Shown one piece after another: positions 49,470-50,942 of a DNA stretch of 50,942 nt. Numbering within the stretch: position 1 is the first letter of the stretch; each line of letters begins with the position of its first letter. This stretch comes from Planctomycetota bacterium (GTDB lineage: Bacteria > Planctomycetota > UBA1135): the NCBI GenBank assembly GCA_045047305.1, contig JASFYO010000073.1, positions 1 through 50,942 on the forward strand, in the 5' to 3' direction. Position numbers and translations under genes: made by a program. The notes under the pieces were generated by a model. The model did no database searches. It worked only from the letters and a program-made list of their open reading frames with translations, and was not told where the DNA came from.

Positions 49470-50942
49470 TTGCTACCTGCACTCATCCTTTCGCTTTTCA
49501 CATCCGTCCTTTGCCTTGCGATTCCGCAATCGCCAAGCCTAGAAAGATTGCCTGGCCCAGGCCCAGCGACAAAGCAAGTGGAGTTGAGGATTCATCTCCG
49601 CACGGCACACTTTTATCGCGCCCCTGCGGCCGCAAAGATTGAGGTAGAAGTGCGCTTCTCAAACGAGCGGCCTACCACAGAGCAAATCATCCGCCCCGCT
49701 ACCGCCCCCATGACTACGGTGCGCACCGACCAGCATGGCGATGCATCCTGCCTCCTAAGCTTCCCACTCACAGAGAAGGGGAACTTGAAGAACGGTTACC
49801 TCTATTTCAGGCCTATCTCTGCGCAATGGGGCTACATTCCAGACTCTATTCGGCTTCGCCCCGGCAAGTTAAATTCCCAACTCTGTGCAATCGAAGTTTC
49901 TCCAGGAGCTCCCATTGCGATTCAACTCCTAGGTATCCCCGAAGAACTCAAGCGCCGCGATCCTCTGCGCTACGTGGTTACCCTCCAACGTCTGGACAAA
50001 AATTCCGCGCCGATTTTTGGCTACAACTTTCGATTTCAAGAAATCAACCAACCTCCAACCACTTACCTCCAAGTCAAGGAATCCGGAAACTATCGGGTCA
50101 TCGTCCAGGGTCCCGCTGGCGTGGGTTGCTTAGACCGCATCTATATCGATGCCCACGCTCCACCCGAAAAGCTTGAGATCAAGATGCAGTCCCTGGGTAC
50201 GGTTGCCGGGCATATCGACATCCCGGAGGGTTATCCAAAGCAGGGACTGGAGGTCATTGCACTCGCGGATTCCATCCCAGCTCCGCGACTTGTCGCAGAT
50301 GCCTATTCCTCTGCACCCAAGCAAGCCCCATCGCTTTTTGCGCGAGCCGTGGTAAATGATCATGGGGATTTCATGCTCCAAGGCTTAGCGCATACCACTT
50401 ACCGTCTTGGCTATTCCACTGGCATATTCCCAGGTCAGCCGCATGGCTGGTTTGCCAACGAGGCGGTCACCCCGGGTGCAAAAAAAGTTAGCTTGGCGCT
50501 CACGATGACCCAACTCATCTTGAACTTTGAAACCGAGTTCCCCCAAACCGAGGCGATGAGTTGGCGAGAACGTCCAGAGGTGAAGGTGTTGTTGATACAA
50601 GAGGCACAAAAAGATTTTAGTCCCTTTATCAAAATAAAAAGTGTGCGCGGCCCTGATGGAAGGCATGGATATCCGCTTTTGCCGGGCATGCACTACCGCG
50701 TCCTTGTGTCTGGAAAGGGATACCCGGTTTGGGAGCATGATGTAATACCCGTGGGGAATGCTGAATATTTAGAACTACAAGTGCCTTGGCAACCCAGGGA
50801 GACAGGCCTTCTTCTCTGGGATGGCCCAGATTGGACCCTATTCACCCTATTCAGCGACAAATCAAAAACTCCTTTGGATTCTTGGTTTCATCGTATGCAC
50901 AAAAGAGAACCCAGCAAAAAGCTTGCCCCCGGTCGCTATTTT
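49470..50942 (+). CDS. Tandem paralogue of the 47412-49466 protein; runs off the window end
   Basis: Not in the ORF track. Manual translation from TTG 49470 gives a signal peptide LLPALILSLFTSVLCLA, then GDFMLQGLAHTTYRLG, GPDGRHGYPLLPG, LELQVP..ETGLLLWDGP and LAPGRY, colinear with the upstream protein. Confidence 0.8.
   Translation, partial: MLPALILSLFTSVLCLAIPQSPSLERLPGPGPATKQVELRIHLRTAHFYRAPAAAKIEVEVRFSNERPTTEQIIRPATAPMTTVRTDQHGDASCLLSFPLTEKGNLKNGYLYFRPISAQWGYIPDSIRLRPGKLNSQLCAIEVSPGAPIAIQLLGIPEELKRRDPLRYVVTLQRLDKNSAPIFGYNFRFQEINQPPTTYLQVKESGNYRVIVQGPAGVGCLDRIYIDAHAPPEKLEIKMQSLGTVAGHIDIPEGYPKQGLEVIALADSIPAPRLVADAYSSAPKQAPSLFARAVVNDHGDFMLQGLAHTTYRLGYSTGIFPGQPHGWFANEAVTPGAKKVSLALTMTQLILNFETEFPQTEAMSWRERPEVKVLLIQEAQKDFSPFIKIKSVRGPDGRHGYPLLPGMHYRVLVSGKGYPVWEHDVIPVGNAEYLELQVPWQPRETGLLLWDGPDWTLFTLFSDKSKTPLDSWFHRMHKREPSKKLAPGRYF

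Noticed and set aside
49826..50738. Short ORFs near the right end
   Set aside because: Off-frame or antisense to the open frame starting at 49470 that runs off the window.

Overview
Gene-dense, GC-rich bacterial chromosome segment, most consistent with an (uncultured-type) Planctomycetota genome. This is an inference from the DUF1570-like paralogues, AroD-AroE fusion, MoxR/DUF58/BatA/PQQ/prenyltransferase-repeat operon and carboxypeptidase-regulatory-like repeat proteins. Left to right: truncated tricorn-type S41 protease, SAM methyltransferase, three tandem DUF1570-like proteins and RluA. Next is an EF-hand + iodothyronine-deiodinase-like protein, split in the ORF track by an in-frame UGA that looks like a selenocysteine codon with a bacterial SECIS hairpin. 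Then a PEP-CTERM micro-protein, and a large secreted protein whose 3' end appears cut by an AT-richer YaaC-family gene with integron-cassette-like ends, next to tRNA-fMet and a duplicated tRNA 3' end. These are followed by a housekeeping block (HEAT protein, aroD-aroE-aroK fusion, panG-like, ispE, panC, folK, pssA), an M28 peptidase, an ABC-F ATPase, and eno plus an ftsB-like gene coupled to a ~16 kb MoxR-vWA envelope operon. The window ends with larE, a gamma-carbonic anhydrase and two tandem paralogous exported proteins. No CRISPR array, rRNA, integrase or transposase was seen. All family calls come from motif recognition by eye, not database searches.
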